Assembly (NCBI GenBank): GCA_018696595.1
Contig: JABHQW010000005.1
Span: 1-64,000 of the forward strand
Direction: 5' to 3'
Source: Candidatus Woesearchaeota archaeon
GTDB taxonomy: Archaea; Nanobdellota; Nanobdellia; Woesearchaeales; GW2011-AR9
DNA: 64,000 nucleotides
Shown: positions 1 through 8,544 of the stretch, in pieces
How positions within the stretch are numbered: the stretch's first letter is position 1
How the letters are laid out: the number at the start of each line of letters is the position of its first letter
Position numbers and translations under genes: made by a program
The notes under the pieces: model-generated
What the model was told of the DNA's origin: nothing
The model's database searches: none
Seen by the model: the letters and a program-made list of their open reading frames with translations, nothing else

Positions 1-978
1 CTCTTCTTCAAATTCTTTAGCGATATCTTTATCAGTAATAATCAGAACATTCTCATCATTCCTAGTATCTCCACCACCAGTTGGATTAAATGATCCAGTT
101 ACAACAGTTTCTTCATCGATGACGAAAACCTTATGATGCATGTTCTGCTTGTTGCCATCTTTAATCACATCTAAATCTTGGCCAATTAGTGATTCATAAA
201 CAGAATATTTAGTAACTTGTCTGGCTTCCATTACTCCCTGAATCTCAATATCTTCTAAACTTTTCAATAAGATAATATTTCCAATCCCTTCATTTGTAAA
301 TGAGAAAGTCATAAAGTGAATAGATTTCTTTGCTTTCTTTAATTCATCTTTCACTTTATCTGCACAATGATCTTCTGGACAGAAATAATTCTTGATAGTT
401 ATTCCATCAAGTTCAATCACAGGATTTAAAACTGGATCGCCTTTCTTAAAAGTACCGCTCCACATCTCTTGAAACTCTGCTTCATAATTAGTAGCAAGAG
501 CTTTAGATTCAATTAGAACCAAATTGTTGTTATTCTTAGTTGCACCGTTATTAGTTGGGTTCATACTTCCGGAAAAGATTTTCTTACCATCAACAATACA
601 AAACTTATTATGCATTAATCCCCATTTATCTTCAACAACAAACTCATGATTGAATTTCTTCAGATAATCATTATCAGTAACAATTTTAACATCAATTTCT
701 TTTTCTTTCTCCAAAAGTTTCTTTTGTAAAGATTCTAATCCTATATCAAACAAAGCGCAATGTAAAGTTTCTTCAGCAGTATCAATGAACTCAATCAAAA
801 CAGACTCACAATCTTCTCGCGGACAGAAATAAACTTCAATATTTCCAGTATCTCCGATTAGAGTGTTTACTTTTGTTTCTGTAATAGTTGCAGAAGTAAT
901 GTTTTCTAAATCAAAGTCTAGGAAGTAAGACCCTGCCATTAATAGAACAAACAATAAACCAAGAATCACCTTTTTCAT
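1..978 (-). CDS. Phospholipase D superfamily protein with two HKD motifs (3' end runs off the window)
   Basis: Not in the ORF track; translated by hand from the ATG at 978: MKKVILGLLFVLLMAGSYF... (signal/anchor), then MHNKFCIVDGKKIFSGSMN and MHHKVFVIDEETVVTGSFN (HxKxxxxD motifs). Confidence 0.9.
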   Translation of the reverse strand, partial: MKKVILGLLFVLLMAGSYFLDFDLENITSATITETKVNTLIGDTGNIEVYFCPREDCESVLIEFIDTAEETLHCALFDIGLESLQKKLLEKEKEIDVKIVTDNDYLKKFNHEFVVEDKWGLMHNKFCIVDGKKIFSGSMNPTNNGATKNNNNLVLIESKALATNYEAEFQEMWSGTFKKGDPVLNPVIELDGITIKNYFCPEDHCADKVKDELKKAKKSIHFMTFSFTNEGIGNIILLKSLEDIEIQGVMEARQVTKYSVYESLIGQDLDVIKDGNKQNMHHKVFVIDEETVVTGSFNPTGGGDTRNDENVLIITDKDIAKEFEEE

Positions 979-999
979 TTATTTTAGTAAGATTGAAAT

Positions 1000-1017
1000 A
1001 TTACTTAAACATTTCTA
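1000..1017 (-). promoter_or_regulatory. BRE-TATA promoter of the PLD gene; exact 18-bp copy at 1332-1349
   Basis: Minus strand TAGAAATGTTTAAGTAAT occurs at 1000-1017 and 1332-1349, each ~22 nt upstream of an ATG (978 and 1309). Confidence 0.65.
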
Positions 1018-1309
1018 CTATCGAGGATGTAGTATAGCTACCATCTGAACGGTAAAAACGATTTGGAGGCATTCCAGTAGGATCAGGAATACCTTCAGCA
1101 CGAAAATCATCTGCGGTTTCACAGCCTTGCAACATTGCCCTAATTAACCAATAAGCCCTTACACCACGTGGATCCTCAGAACCAGCAAACACTTCTCTTA
1201 AAGGAGGACCTTCTGCAATTTCTTTCATATATATTAGATGGGCCATACGATCTCCGATAACATAATTCAATCCTTCATCCACTTTATCATTAATAGCTGT
1301 ATCTCCCAT
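1001..1309 (-). CDS. Hypothetical protein (102 aa)
   Basis: ORF with its own upstream TATA motif; no recognisable domain. Confidence 0.6.
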   Translation of the reverse strand: MGDTAINDKVDEGLNYVIGDRMAHLIYMKEIAEGPPLREVFAGSEDPRGVRAYWLIRAMLQGCETADDFRAEGIPDPTGMPPNRFYRSDGSYTTSSIVEMFK

Positions 1310-1403
1310 ATTTAATAAAGTAATGAGAACAATTACTTAAACATTTCTAAGTTGTAGTCTCTAGTAAAGATAAATTTAAATAATTGTTTAGAATTAAAAA
1401 AAC

Positions 1404-1739
1404 ATGACAACTACAAGAGAAATCGGAAAAGGATTGGAAGAAATGTTAAAGAAAGATGGAGAAGGCATTAGAATTGGAACTCTTGTTGAAAATCATCGAT
1501 TAGATGTACAGACACACAGATATGAAGAGAATATAGTTTACAAAGCTTCTTGGGATGGGGTAGATTTAACATTAACATTATCTAAAAAAGATGGCCATTG
1601 GAACATTCAGAATTATCCAGACCAAACACCACATAAAACAAAATTATTATTAAATCGCTTTCTTAACGCTTCTTATCAGACTCTCTTAGAAATGCATGAA
1701 ACATCATACCCTATTCTTTTAGAAAAAGGTTTAATTTGA
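1404..1739 (+). CDS. Hypothetical protein (111 aa)
   Basis: ORF preceded by TTTAAATA; no recognisable domain. Confidence 0.6.
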   Translation: MTTTREIGKGLEEMLKKDGEGIRIGTLVENHRLDVQTHRYEENIVYKASWDGVDLTLTLSKKDGHWNIQNYPDQTPHKTKLLLNRFLNASYQTLLEMHETSYPILLEKGLI

Positions 1740-1802
1740 TTAGTTATTCCCAAATATTTATATATTAAAAACTACTTCTCAAGTTAAAAGAGGTGCATTC
1801 AA

Positions 1803-2828
1803 ATGAAAAAGATATTCGCAATAAGTACAATTTTAATATTCTGTTTAAGTTTCCTAGCAATTGCAGGACCAGACTTAACAGTAATGGATTTAGATATAGA
1901 CGCAGATTCAATTGTTCCAGGTGAAAAGTATCATTATACAATTGATATCAAAAATGTTGGAGATGAAGATTCATTTACAAGATTAGCAAATTTCTATTAC
2001 ATTGATGAAGAATATAAAGGAACTTATCCAGGAGCATTATTAACAGTACTAAGTGATAGAGCTCAGACAGAGATTTCTACGGTTACTATCATTGCTGCAG
2101 ATGGAAGTGAATCAAAAGTTACACCAGAAGACGGAACTATTCTTTACATGGCTCCTGCAGAATCTGAAGAAAGAATTCAGGAAAGAATTGAAGGCATGAT
2201 GGCAAGAGCAGACACTTTTGGATGGACTGAAGAAGAAATTCAAGAGAACATTGAAAACATTCAAGAAACGTTTGGTAATCCACACGAGGACGGAGTAGAA
2301 GGTCTTTTCATCACATTAGCACCGGGAGAAACGGTGAGATATGATTCAAAAGATACTTACCAGGGTTTTGGGGCATTAAGTTTTCCAGTTAGTACATTAA
2401 GTATTGATCCAATCCCAGTAACTTTAACCTTTGAGATTGACCCATTATTAGAATCTGATGATAACATTAACAATAATGTTTATACAACAGAGTTGGTAAT
2501 GGAACCAAACGTCATCCAAGGACCAAAAGAAGAAACCGATAAGAATAGAGAGCTAGACGACGAAAATGAATACTTCGCTTATGCTCTTGGTTGTACAACA
2601 ATTCAAGGTAAAGAGATTTGTGTTTCAGGAGACGACCCAAACATTCCGGATGAAGAAGAAAGTTTAATCATTTCTGTGGATGGGGTTGAACAAGAATATT
2701 CCCTTTACGGATTAATGATGGCTTGGCTTAACAACTTCTTTGGAGATGGTAAGGTAGCACCAACTGAGATAGTTAATGGAGTAGAAATCAGATTGTACGA
2801 CAACGGGTTTAAGTTTACCTTTGTTTAA
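1803..2828 (+). CDS. Secreted protein with a CARDB/Ig-like domain
   Basis: Signal peptide, then PDLTVMDL...IKNVG and later ITLAPGET...IDPLLESDDNINNN (CARDB hallmarks); RBS GAGGTG. Confidence 0.7.
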   Translation: MKKIFAISTILIFCLSFLAIAGPDLTVMDLDIDADSIVPGEKYHYTIDIKNVGDEDSFTRLANFYYIDEEYKGTYPGALLTVLSDRAQTEISTVTIIAADGSESKVTPEDGTILYMAPAESEERIQERIEGMMARADTFGWTEEEIQENIENIQETFGNPHEDGVEGLFITLAPGETVRYDSKDTYQGFGALSFPVSTLSIDPIPVTLTFEIDPLLESDDNINNNVYTTELVMEPNVIQGPKEETDKNRELDDENEYFAYALGCTTIQGKEICVSGDDPNIPDEEESLIISVDGVEQEYSLYGLMMAWLNNFFGDGKVAPTEIVNGVEIRLYDNGFKFTFV

Positions 2829-2845
2829 TTTTTTTTTATTTCTTT

Positions 2846-5455
2846 TTAATTTTTTAGATTAGAAAAGAATTTCTTTATTTCTTCTTCTGTAAGTTCAAAT
2901 CCTTTTTGTTTAACACTAAGAAGATCCATTTCTCCAACTTTCTCAAAAATTTCCATTAATTCTTTCTCTGATTGAAATAATTGTAATTGTTTAGGAATCT
3001 TAAAATAGTGATCCATTTCCTTCATGAACCTAAAAAATTCTAAAGAAGTAGCCATGTTATGAACTTCATCAAAAACTTCTTCCACCACTCTTTGATTAAA
3101 AATTGAGAAATAAATTGCTTTTTTAGGTAATAGCTTTCCAATTAAATGCCTATTTTTATAATTGATTTCAATTGATTTCATAATTCCTTTATCAATAAGT
3201 TTTTTTGTTTCGTTTTTATCAAACAGTTTGTTTTGTAATATTTCTCCCCCCGCCTGATAGGTTTTATGTCTTGTTTTAATCCTACCAGTAATAAAATTAA
3301 AAATATATTGTTTCTCGAGAATAAATTTCTTTATTTTTTCATACTTCTTAAATAGTTTTTTATATTCTTTACTAGATTCATTCAATCGTTGTAATTCCCA
3401 GTAAATTAAACCAATCTTTTGAAAATAATGATACGAGACATAATTAAGTTTAGTAAGAACATTGGCTAATTCCGGATTTTCTTTTTTAACTTTTTGGAAA
3501 ACAGGTTCATCGATCAACATTACCATCTCTTCTTTATACTTTGGTAAATAATAATCAATATCGTTGATATAATTTTTCTGCTCTTTACGATAATTTTGAT
3601 ACCACTCTTTAAATTTAAATTCAGGAGTTCTTCGTATTGCTTCATCTAAAGCACTTTCATTAATTTCAGAAAGGTTCAAGTATCTTCCAAATAATTTGAA
3701 TATTCTTTTATTTTCTTTTTGTAAATGTTTTTCTATCCTCATTCCTCGACTACTATAAATAGAATAAGAAATTTCCTTTTCAATAGACTTTTTAATCCCG
3801 GATAAAATAAGATAAAAATAACCAATAGCATAAAATTCATTGCCAAAAACTCTTCCTAAAGTGTCAGGCAACACATAATTCTTGTTTAAAGATAGTTCTC
3901 TGATTTTTATCATAGCCGAAGAAAAACTATTAACAAATCTAGGTGAATCAAAGATAATGCCATTGTAAATATAATGAATATGTTTCTTGCCAGAAACTAT
4001 TTGAGCATCACGCCATTGTGTAATAGAATCAGAACGCAAATCACAAAGAAACTGCACTAACGCATTAATTCTTGGTGTAGGGTTAAGTTTGTATACTAAA
4101 TTCACTTCATAGTTACTATTAGGATTATTGATTTCATCAAAATGATGGGTTAGTTCATGTATCCACATATGTAAACGTGATATTAAATTATCATAAATTA
4201 CTTTTGGAAACTGATTATTAACACTATTATAATAAGCTTCCAAAGTCGTTTTAAATTCCTTTATATTAAGTGATAATTGAGGTTTATTTCTGTCATAATC
4301 CCAATTTTTGATATTAGGAACATTACTAAACCCTTTACCAACCTGATATGCTTTCTTTTCCTCAAAAAAGTGATTCTTTTCAGCAAACTCAACACAAAAT
4401 AAAGAAAAGTTAATTAGTAGACCATTAATGGACTCTACTAAGGCTGCTAATGACTCACCAGTTCCGGGTTGACAAGCCGCCCCATAAGAGGTTAAATCTC
4501 TAATACAACAATTAACATCAATATAATTTGATCTAATCAGTTTAGTTGATGATTTTAAATATGCTAATTTTAATATCAATTTTAAAAAGTTTAATAATAA
4601 CAGTGTGAAGCCATTTACATCTTCTTTGAAAAATTTAACCAATGCTTCAAATTTTGCTCTCTTTTCTAAAGCTTCTGATTCACCAAGATGAATATCGCGA
4701 AAATATGTTTTTTTAATATCTTCAATTAATTTGTCAGTAAACACCTCTTCAATAAATTCAACTTTATACATGTGGTGGATATAAACATGAAAATGAATTT
4801 TTGGTTTAAAAGTACCATACTTGTTTCTTAAAACAATATCTGGAGTCCAATCCTCTTCAACAGAATATTTCTTTAACATTTTTAAATCTTTATTAGAAAT
4901 GCCTCTTTCTTTTTGCATAAGATATTCTTTAGCCAGAATCAGTTTCCCTATAGGTTTTGTGTCAAATTCATTTTTTAAAGGAGTTTCATGAAGATATTCA
5001 ATAAATAACCCTTGAAGAATTTTATCTCCATAACGAAGTTGAAATGTTTCATTATAGAAACGTTGCATCTCCAGTTTTAATGGTGAAGGGAATTCTCCAA
5101 ATTCCTGTTTTACTTTTTGTCGAAACTCCATGAATTTATTATACCAAAATGTATAAGTATTCTCCAGCTCATTACAATTTTTAATAATCTTATTTAAGAT
5201 GCTAGGGTAATTGTGTTTTTCAAGTTTTTTTATCCCACTCACAATTTCTTTAGATCTTTTTTCTGAACTTTTAACGGTTCTATGATTAATCTCAAACATA
5301 ATATCTTTATAATAATGTCTTATAAAATCATTCATTGACTCGTTCAGATCATCAAGTCCTTTCTTAAATTTTATAAGAAATTCATCTTGGTACCATTTCA
5401 TGAACTGTTTAAAAGAATTAATTATTTCATCATACTCTTTTTTACTAGTAATCAT
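2846..5455 (-). CDS. Large hypothetical protein with an HExxH (HELTH) zincin-like motif
   Basis: 869-aa ORF containing LHMWIHELTHHFDE. Confidence 0.6.
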   Translation of the reverse strand: MITSKKEYDEIINSFKQFMKWYQDEFLIKFKKGLDDLNESMNDFIRHYYKDIMFEINHRTVKSSEKRSKEIVSGIKKLEKHNYPSILNKIIKNCNELENTYTFWYNKFMEFRQKVKQEFGEFPSPLKLEMQRFYNETFQLRYGDKILQGLFIEYLHETPLKNEFDTKPIGKLILAKEYLMQKERGISNKDLKMLKKYSVEEDWTPDIVLRNKYGTFKPKIHFHVYIHHMYKVEFIEEVFTDKLIEDIKKTYFRDIHLGESEALEKRAKFEALVKFFKEDVNGFTLLLLNFLKLILKLAYLKSSTKLIRSNYIDVNCCIRDLTSYGAACQPGTGESLAALVESINGLLINFSLFCVEFAEKNHFFEEKKAYQVGKGFSNVPNIKNWDYDRNKPQLSLNIKEFKTTLEAYYNSVNNQFPKVIYDNLISRLHMWIHELTHHFDEINNPNSNYEVNLVYKLNPTPRINALVQFLCDLRSDSITQWRDAQIVSGKKHIHYIYNGIIFDSPRFVNSFSSAMIKIRELSLNKNYVLPDTLGRVFGNEFYAIGYFYLILSGIKKSIEKEISYSIYSSRGMRIEKHLQKENKRIFKLFGRYLNLSEINESALDEAIRRTPEFKFKEWYQNYRKEQKNYINDIDYYLPKYKEEMVMLIDEPVFQKVKKENPELANVLTKLNYVSYHYFQKIGLIYWELQRLNESSKEYKKLFKKYEKIKKFILEKQYIFNFITGRIKTRHKTYQAGGEILQNKLFDKNETKKLIDKGIMKSIEINYKNRHLIGKLLPKKAIYFSIFNQRVVEEVFDEVHNMATSLEFFRFMKEMDHYFKIPKQLQLFQSEKELMEIFEKVGEMDLLSVKQKGFELTEEEIKKFFSNLKN

Positions 5456-5491
5456 TAAAAAAAGAAAAGAAAAAGAAATATATAAAATTAT

Positions 5492-6067
5492 CTATTGTCT
5501 TCTTAAGTTAGCTCTTCTACTTGGTCTAGCTTTCTCATAACCGTGACCTTTTCCACGTAATCCACGAGATTTTCTTCCTGCGCTAGTTTTACCATGGAAT
5601 ACTCTAGAGCCATGTTTCTTATCTTGTAACCAAGTTAAGTTTTTATCAGACTTAATAACCGGATGGTTTGGATCAACAAGAATAATTTCGTACCAGTAAG
5701 ATTTACCATCTTCTGCCACCCAATAAGAGTTCAGAACTGTAAGGTTCAAAAACTTCTTCTGACAACGTTCCTCAGCAATTTGTTTATAATTCTTATTTAG
5801 ATCTAATCTTGTTCCGTACCTTTTTGGACGCCTACCTTTCTTAATCTGCGGTCGAGTATGACCACCACGAGGAACTCTTTGTCTAACGACAATAAAACCT
5901 TGTTTAGCTTTATATCCTAAAGAACGAGCTCGATCAATCCGAGTAGGTTTTTCTATTTTAACAGTTACGTTTTCTTTACGCCACTTAATTAATCTTTCAC
6001 GCCACAATTCTGGCATGTTTGCCTTTGGTTTCTTCCAAAGATCTCTTACTTGTTTGTATAAACTCAT
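5492..6067 (-). CDS. rpl15e: 50S ribosomal protein L15e
   Basis: Motifs RLIKWRKE, PTRIDRARSLGYKAKQG, LNSYWVAEDG, SAGRKSRGL. Start moved to the ATG at 6067, which follows RBS GGAGG. Confidence 0.97.
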   Translation of the reverse strand: MSLYKQVRDLWKKPKANMPELWRERLIKWRKENVTVKIEKPTRIDRARSLGYKAKQGFIVVRQRVPRGGHTRPQIKKGRRPKRYGTRLDLNKNYKQIAEERCQKKFLNLTVLNSYWVAEDGKSYWYEIILVDPNHPVIKSDKNLTWLQDKKHGSRVFHGKTSAGRKSRGLRGKGHGYEKARPSRRANLRRQ

Positions 6068-6098
6068 TTTATTTAGCCTCCTAATTTGCTTCAATTTT

Positions 6099-6136
6099 AT
6101 ACCAGTTCAGGCAAGCTACTGCCCACATTCGAGTAT
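6099..6136 (-). promoter_or_regulatory. Candidate ribosomal-protein leader hairpin in the rpl15e 5' UTR
   Basis: Minus strand AUACU-CGAAUGU-GGGCAG-UAGC-UUGCCU-GAACU-GGUAU lies between the TATA (~6160) and the RBS. Confidence 0.45.
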
Positions 6137-6181
6137 TTTATACTAAAAAGAGGGGTTATTTAAAAAGGTTACCTTAAGAAT

Positions 6182-6571
6182 TTACCAAAAGAATTTCCAT
6201 CTCTTGTCTTGCTGTTTCTCTTTAGCAAGATCTTTCAATCCAGCAGATTTAGCATTTAGTAAGAATTGTTTAGCAACTGCCTTTAATCTTAAATTATTAA
6301 TATCAGCATCATTTTGAAAAAACTCATATTTCTCCAATAAAGTGTCAAGAACACCGGCTTGAGTTTCCAGATTAATATGAATTATTCCATCACTAGCAAC
6401 TTTACGTTCTGTTTCTAAATCTTTCAATTTTTGTAGTTCAGGCAATAATGATTTAACATCATAATGAATGTCATTTAGAAATTCAACGATTGCATCAACA
6501 TCTTTAACTATGTCAACCTGATACTTTGCTTCTTTCTTTTTAGAACGTTTCCACCAACTCTTTTTTACCAT
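6182..6571 (-). CDS. Hypothetical protein (129 aa)
   Basis: ORF with upstream TTTATAAG; helical, no known domain. Confidence 0.7.
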   Translation of the reverse strand: MVKKSWWKRSKKKEAKYQVDIVKDVDAIVEFLNDIHYDVKSLLPELQKLKDLETERKVASDGIIHINLETQAGVLDTLLEKYEFFQNDADINNLRLKAVAKQFLLNAKSAGLKDLAKEKQQDKRWKFFW

Positions 6572-6636
6572 ATTACAAATAAATCTTTTTTATCTTATAA
6601 ACTTTACCATTTGAATAAAGTTTAATTATTAATTTT

Positions 6637-6750
6637 GAGCAACATCGGGTTCGCTTCTTTTAAGGATTTTATAAGTGCGGGCCCTTCCCGTAAGGATCCC
6701 CCGCAGATTAATGTTTAGTTTTATAGAACACTCACATATTGATGGTGCTC
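6637..6750 (-). ncRNA. Putative structured RNA, family A copy 1 (unassigned)
   Basis: Closing stem GAGCACCAUC/GAUGUUGCUC, inner UGCGG/CCGCA stem capped by CC-UUAC-GG; shares UGUGAG, UCUGCGG and GAAGCGAACC with 12819-12939. Confidence 0.65.
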
Positions 6751-6766
6751 AAAAATAAGTACTTGC

Positions 6767-7414
6767 TTACCTTTCAATAACTATCCCTAATGGTCTAACA
6801 GCATCTACAAACAAAATTTTAGCCCAACCCAAATAAGGAATCTTAATCATACCTTTACCAAAGATCCGATCTTCAGAGATCTTCTCTTCTCCAAGACTGC
6901 CAGATAAACTCTGCTTATTATGATCTCCTTTAGTTTGGTAATAATACGAACCCTCTTCTTCCCAAACTTTTACAACTCGATGAATTATTGGTTGAATTTG
7001 ACTCCCTTGAAAGATTAATACATCTCCGGGATCAATATTATCTTTATTTGCTCTCCAGAGAATAATCACATCCCCTTTTCTAAAACCATCCCTAAATGGA
7101 AATTTCTTAAACTCTTCTTTAGTAATTCCGTTAGATTCATACCATTGTCCACAAACTTGCCAATAACTGTCAAAAGATTCTGGGAATTCAACAAATTTCT
7201 GACCACAAATAATGTCATTATGGGTTCCGTGTTCCATACTTTCAGAGATTACTGCTACTATCGGAAATGAAGTTCCTAAAACAAGTCCTAAAACTGGATA
7301 AACAATAAACCTAATAACTAAGAAAGCTACGATTATATTAGCGATCCAACTCCAGACGCTATCGTCTTCCCAAAAGAACTTCCAAGCTCTCTTACTATGA
7401 TCTCTTACTCCCAT
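6767..7414 (-). CDS. Signal peptidase I (S26, archaeal/Sec11 type)
   Basis: TM segment, catalytic Ser in VISESME, GDVIIL, IIHRVV, TKGDHN. Confidence 0.9.
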   Translation of the reverse strand: MGVRDHSKRAWKFFWEDDSVWSWIANIIVAFLVIRFIVYPVLGLVLGTSFPIVAVISESMEHGTHNDIICGQKFVEFPESFDSYWQVCGQWYESNGITKEEFKKFPFRDGFRKGDVIILWRANKDNIDPGDVLIFQGSQIQPIIHRVVKVWEEEGSYYYQTKGDHNKQSLSGSLGEEKISEDRIFGKGMIKIPYLGWAKILFVDAVRPLGIVIER

Positions 7415-7477
7415 TGTAAGATATTATTATTTGTTTATTTAAAAACCTTTTTATAGATTAAAATAATACAATTACCC

Positions 7478-8284
7478 ATGTATCCAGAGCTTATCAAAGA
7501 AATCAAAAAGAAAAAAGAATTATCTGAATTAGATAATAAGTTCATCAAAGAAGAACTAGATCGTTTTTTCAAAAGAGAACCAAAAATTTTCAAGAATCTA
7601 AAAGAACAAACAAATCCGAAAGCTAAAGATTACAAAATTGTCATTAAAGAAGTTCGTGCAAAGTTAAGAAGATCTTATGGATTATTTCGTGTAGAAAAGG
7701 AAAGTAAAGATTTGAAAGAATTATTTAAGAAGAAAGATTACCAAAAAGTATTGGAAACACATTCTTCTACTAAAGAAAGATTACCTTTCTACAATCAATT
7801 ATACAAAAAAATATTCAAAGTAACAGGAAAACCAAAAACAATTCTTGATTTAGGAGCAGGATTAAATCCCCTGTCATATGAGTTTATGAAAACGAGATCA
7901 GAATATTACGCTTATGATTTAAGTAAAGAAGAAGTTAAAGTCTTGAATCAATTTTTCAAAGATAAAAATATTAACGGCAAAGCAGGGATTTTAGATTTAT
8001 TAGAAACAAATAAAGTAAAAAAGTTACCGAAAGCAGACATCGCTTTCTTATTCAAAATGACTGATGTTTTAGATAAAGGCAAAGGCCATAAAACTTCTGA
8101 GAAAATAATTACAGCAATCCCCGCAAAGTTTATTGTAGTAAGTTTTCCAACCTTAACAATGTCTGGTAAACCAATGAACCATCCCAGAAGAGGTTGGATT
8201 GAATTAATGTGTAAACGCCTAGAATACAAGTTCCAAGTTCTTGAATTTAGTAATGAAATTTTTTATGTAGTTAAAAAATCATAG
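7478..8284 (+). CDS. 16S rRNA methyltransferase of the FmrO/ArmA/Rmt (m7G1405) family
   Basis: LETHSSTKERLP, ILDLGAGLNPLS, YYAYDL, DIAFLFK, IVVSFPTLTMSG motifs match this family. Confidence 0.8.
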   Translation: MYPELIKEIKKKKELSELDNKFIKEELDRFFKREPKIFKNLKEQTNPKAKDYKIVIKEVRAKLRRSYGLFRVEKESKDLKELFKKKDYQKVLETHSSTKERLPFYNQLYKKIFKVTGKPKTILDLGAGLNPLSYEFMKTRSEYYAYDLSKEEVKVLNQFFKDKNINGKAGILDLLETNKVKKLPKADIAFLFKMTDVLDKGKGHKTSEKIITAIPAKFIVVSFPTLTMSGKPMNHPRRGWIELMCKRLEYKFQVLEFSNEIFYVVKKS

Positions 8285-8319
8285 AAATTCTTTTAAATTG
8301 GGCTGAATAATAGATAAAA

Positions 8320-8544
8320 ATGGAAAAAGAATATACTTGTAATTATTGTCAGAAACAAATAGAAAAACCCGAAGATGGAGTTATTGATCAAGTTAGTGGA
8401 AACTATTACCACAATGCAAAAGGATGTCCAATAAAAGATAAATCGTTGGGAGATAGTTGTTCTGAAATGCGCAATGGCACATTAGTAGAAAGAGTGCAGT
8501 CCCATTTAGTACCATTAATAGACTTAGTAAAACCAACAGATTAA
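8320..8544 (+). CDS. Small Cys/His-containing hypothetical protein
   Basis: CxxC...H...C pattern (YTCNYC, YHNAKGC); its stop overlaps the convergent ATPase stop. Confidence 0.5.
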   Translation: MEKEYTCNYCQKQIEKPEDGVIDQVSGNYYHNAKGCPIKDKSLGDSCSEMRNGTLVERVQSHLVPLIDLVKPTD

